Shown here: piece by piece, positions 61,683 to 64,000 of the stretch | How the letters are laid out: the number at the start of each line of letters is the position of its first letter | Position numbering within the stretch: position 1 is the first letter of the stretch | NCBI GenBank assembly: GCA_964511105.1 | Contig: CAZEEC010000001.1 | Location: 11,358-75,357 of the forward strand | DNA: 64,000 nucleotides | Direction: 5' to 3' | DNA from: an uncultured Mesorhizobium sp. | Lineage (GTDB): Bacteria > Pseudomonadota > Alphaproteobacteria > Rhizobiales > Rhizobiaceae | The notes under the pieces: generated by a model | Told to the model about the DNA's origin: nothing | The model's input: only the letters and a program-made list of their open reading frames with translations | The model's database searches: none | Position numbers and translations under genes: made by a program

Positions 61683-61865
61683 TCAACGACCGACCGCAAA
61701 CGCAGATTATTTTCCGGAGGACCCGGTCATTGCTCGCACAGCATCTGGGATAGATCGACCTGAAACAGAAGACCTACAGACGACAATCCTCATTCCGCCC
61801 GAGGTTGTCACCCATGTCATAGGTACGTTCTGCTCCCTACGTATCCGGGCCGTACAGTTTGAATT

Positions 61866-61940
61866 TGGAGCGGGCGAAGGGATTCGAACCCTCGACCCCA
61901 ACCTTGGCAAGGTTGTGCTCTACCCCTGAGCTACACCCGC
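61866..61940 (-). tRNA. tRNA-Gly (GCC)
   Basis: Minus strand GCGGGTGTAGCTCAGGGGTAGAGCACAACCTTGCCAAGGTTGGGGTCGAGGGTTCGAATCCCTTCGCCCGCTCCA: cloverleaf, anticodon GCC, CCA end. Confidence 0.97.
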
Positions 61941-62072
61941 TCGCAACCGGCGACCGCCGGGAACCGCGCTTATATGGCCGAACTGCCGGGCGATTGCAAC
62001 AGGCAATTCATAGGATTTGGCGCTTTCGCGGCGCCGGCACGGCGCATTAAGAAGGTGCTTTGAACGCACAGC

Positions 62073-62161
62073 ACAACCGCCATCGACCCCCTCGACGGTC
62101 GCGGCGATCTGGACACCTCCACGCGCGCACCCGGCATGAGCCGTTGATCTTGAATGTCGCG
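62073..62161 (+). pseudogene. Eroded 3' remnant of a ProX/YbaK-type prolyl-tRNA editing protein gene
   Basis: TTAI...GRGDL..STRA then a frameshift to HEPLILNVA resembles the recalled rhizobial ProX C-terminus (TTSI..DDL.RF..ATGHEPL.L.V); syntenic position between tRNA-Gly and the thioredoxin gene. Confidence 0.45.
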
Positions 62162-62176
62162 CCGATTTCGCCACAT
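62149..62176 (+). promoter_or_regulatory. RpoH-type heat-shock promoter
   Basis: CTTGAA-N16-CCACAT upstream of the cnoX/ybbN-type gene. Confidence 0.65.
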
Positions 62177-62217
62177 TGACTGCACCTGCAACCGCACGAT
62201 TTGCCAAGGATTCGCCA

Positions 62218-63174
62218 ATGCGCCGCCACCCAATTGACTCTGTCTTCACCGCGTCGATGGAGGGAGGGGCCGATCTGGCCGCCCTCGGCTCGGCGCCGGC
62301 GGCCGATCTGATCAAGGATACGACGACGCAGGGCTTTCCCACCGACGTCATCCAGGAATCACGCAATCAGCCGGTGCTGGTCGATTTCTGGGCGCCGTGG
62401 TGCGGGCCGTGCAAGCAGTTGCAGCCGGCGCTTGAAAAGGTGGTGGCGGCCGCAAAGGGTCGCGTCAAGCTTGTCAAGATGAATATCGACGACCATCCCG
62501 CCATCGCCGGCCAACTGGGCATCCAGTCCATCCCGGCGGTGATTGCGTTTCGCGACGGGCAGCCGGTCGATGGCTTCATGGGGGCAGTGCCGGAAAGCAA
62601 GATCGTCGAATTCATCGACAAGGTCGCCGGACCGGGCGGAGCGGGCGCGGCGATCGAGGACGCGATGGCTGCTGCGAATGAAGCGCGCGAGGCAGGCGAC
62701 CTGCAGGGGGCTGCCCAGATCTACTCGGCTGTCCTGGGCGAGGAGCCTGGGCATCCGCAGGCAAGTGCTGCGCTTGCCACGCTTCTGGCCGATGCGGGGC
62801 AGATGGCGGACGCCGCGGCCATCATCGAGGCGGTGCCGGCCGAAAATTCCGGACATCCCGACATTGCCGCCGTCAAGGCACGGCTGGAGCTCGATCAGCA
62901 GGTGGCGGCTTTAGGCGATCCCGCAGCCCTCGAACGGCGTCTTGAAGTCGATCCGGCCGATCATGGCGCGCGCTTCGATCTTGCGCTCATCCAAAATGCG
63001 CGTGGCGACCGAGACTCGGCGACGGATAGCCTCCTCGCGATCGTGAAGGCAGACCGGGAATGGCGCGAGGATGGCGCGCGCGCGCAGCTTTTGAAGTTCT
63101 TCGAGGCCTGGGGGATGACCGATCCGGCAACGCTGTCGGCGCGCCGGAAACTGTCGTCGCTGCTCTTTTCGTGA
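62218..63174 (+). CDS. cnoX: Thioredoxin-TPR chaperedoxin (CnoX/YbbN type)
   Basis: DFWAPWCGPC, TPR-like helices, C-terminal RRKLSSLLFS; AAGGA SD before ATG 62218. Confidence 0.9.
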   Translation: MRRHPIDSVFTASMEGGADLAALGSAPAADLIKDTTTQGFPTDVIQESRNQPVLVDFWAPWCGPCKQLQPALEKVVAAAKGRVKLVKMNIDDHPAIAGQLGIQSIPAVIAFRDGQPVDGFMGAVPESKIVEFIDKVAGPGGAGAAIEDAMAAANEAREAGDLQGAAQIYSAVLGEEPGHPQASAALATLLADAGQMADAAAIIEAVPAENSGHPDIAAVKARLELDQQVAALGDPAALERRLEVDPADHGARFDLALIQNARGDRDSATDSLLAIVKADREWREDGARAQLLKFFEAWGMTDPATLSARRKLSSLLFS

Positions 63175-63196
63175 CCGGCCGGGACGGTGGGGAGCC

Positions 63197-63224
63197 CTTG
63201 AGGTTCACCGACCCTGCCCCACAT
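63197..63224 (+). promoter_or_regulatory. Second RpoH-type promoter
   Basis: CTTGAG-N16-CCACAT upstream of the Lon-N gene. Confidence 0.55.
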
Positions 63225-63265
63225 GGAAATGAGAGGCGGCGCAACGGCCGGAATGGGAGTTGGAC

Positions 63266-63937
63266 TTGCAAGCGGGCAACGCACGCTATCACGGAGCCGC
63301 GGATATTCCGCAGATCGTTCCGGTTTTTCCGATCACTGGCGTCCTGCTCCTGCCAGGCGGGCGCCTACCCCTCAATGTCTTCGAGCCGCGTTATTTGGCG
63401 ATGATCGATGGCATATTGGCCAAGCAACGGCTGGTCGGCATGGTTCAGCCGGCGCTTGACGGCAGCCTGCGCGCTGATGGCGAGCCGGAGCTTTGCAAGG
63501 TCGGCTGCCTCGGCCGCCTCACCTCCTTCGCGGAAACGGGTGATGGCCGATATCTGATCTCGTTGCAGGGCGTGTGTCGCTTTCGGCTGGATCAGGAGCA
63601 GCAAGTCAAGACGCCCTGGCGCCAGTGTCACATTCTGCCATTCATCGCCGATCTCGATGAATCGTCCGATACCAGCGAACTTGATCGCCCCGCGCTTTTG
63701 CGCGCGTTCCAAGCCTATCTTCAAGCTCACGATCTCGAGGCCGATTGGGATAGCATCCGCCGAGCCGAGAACGTGTCGCTGGTCAATGCCCTGTCTATGA
63801 TGGCGCCCTACGGCGCCGCCGAAAAGCAGGCTTTGCTCGAGGCGCCTGATCTGAAGACGCGAGCCGAGACGCTGATCGCCATTACCGAAATTTCGCTTGC
63901 GCGCAACAGCGACGCCGGCGGGACGAACCTGCAATGA
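63266..63937 (+). CDS. LON peptidase substrate-binding domain protein
   Basis: PVFP...LLLPGGRLPLNVFEPRY, EKQALLEA; TTG start after GGGAG. Confidence 0.9.
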   Translation: MQAGNARYHGAADIPQIVPVFPITGVLLLPGGRLPLNVFEPRYLAMIDGILAKQRLVGMVQPALDGSLRADGEPELCKVGCLGRLTSFAETGDGRYLISLQGVCRFRLDQEQQVKTPWRQCHILPFIADLDESSDTSELDRPALLRAFQAYLQAHDLEADWDSIRRAENVSLVNALSMMAPYGAAEKQALLEAPDLKTRAETLIAITEISLARNSDAGGTNLQ

Positions 63938-64000
63938 CCGACAATATGCCCGCGCCATCTCCGCGTCTCACTGATCCAAAACTACTCGAGCTTCTCGTCT
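63934..64000 (+). CDS. Trm112 family protein, N-terminal fragment (runs off window end)
   Basis: MTDNMPAPSPRLTDPKLLELLV; ATGA overlap with the upstream stop. Confidence 0.8.
   Translation, partial: MTDNMPAPSPRLTDPKLLELLV

Overview
High-GC alphaproteobacterial chromosome segment, Rhizobiales / Phyllobacteriaceae-like by gene content and order (inference). It has three parts. (1) About 1-30 kb is core housekeeping: gpsA 3' end, AhpD-type peroxidase, large NAD-glutamate dehydrogenase, an MFS transporter, a structured small-RNA/22-aa micro-ORF locus, orphan TadG-like vWA protein, DUF1674, htpX, rsmB, heparinase-like gene, purH, yggS, leuS-lptE, an acyltransferase, tal, priA, atpHAGDC and an AI-2E transporter. 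(2) About 30-61.8 kb is an accessory block ending at the 3' end of tRNA-Gly(GCC): acyl-CoA dehydrogenase, a short second FtsZ, MFS, ROK protein, a small EcfG-type stress protein, LLM oxidoreductase, di-heme cytochrome c peroxidase, a complete Pha/Mrp antiporter operon ending in a translationally coupled PtsN-like EIIA gene, a LacI-controlled sugar ABC / Gfo-Idh-MocA / TIM-barrel cluster with a class II cytochrome c, and a trigonelline-catabolism-like (tgn) cluster with a Pot-type ABC importer. (3) About 62-64 kb is core again: cnoX/ybbN-type thioredoxin, Lon-N domain protein, Trm112, preceded by an apparent eroded proX remnant. No integrase, transposase, CRISPR array or rRNA is visible. The best leads are the Pha/Mrp + dedicated EIIA(Ntr) module and the small RNA with a 13-nt perfect complement of the 16S 3' end. 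All assignments come from motif recognition and recalled family knowledge; no searches were run.
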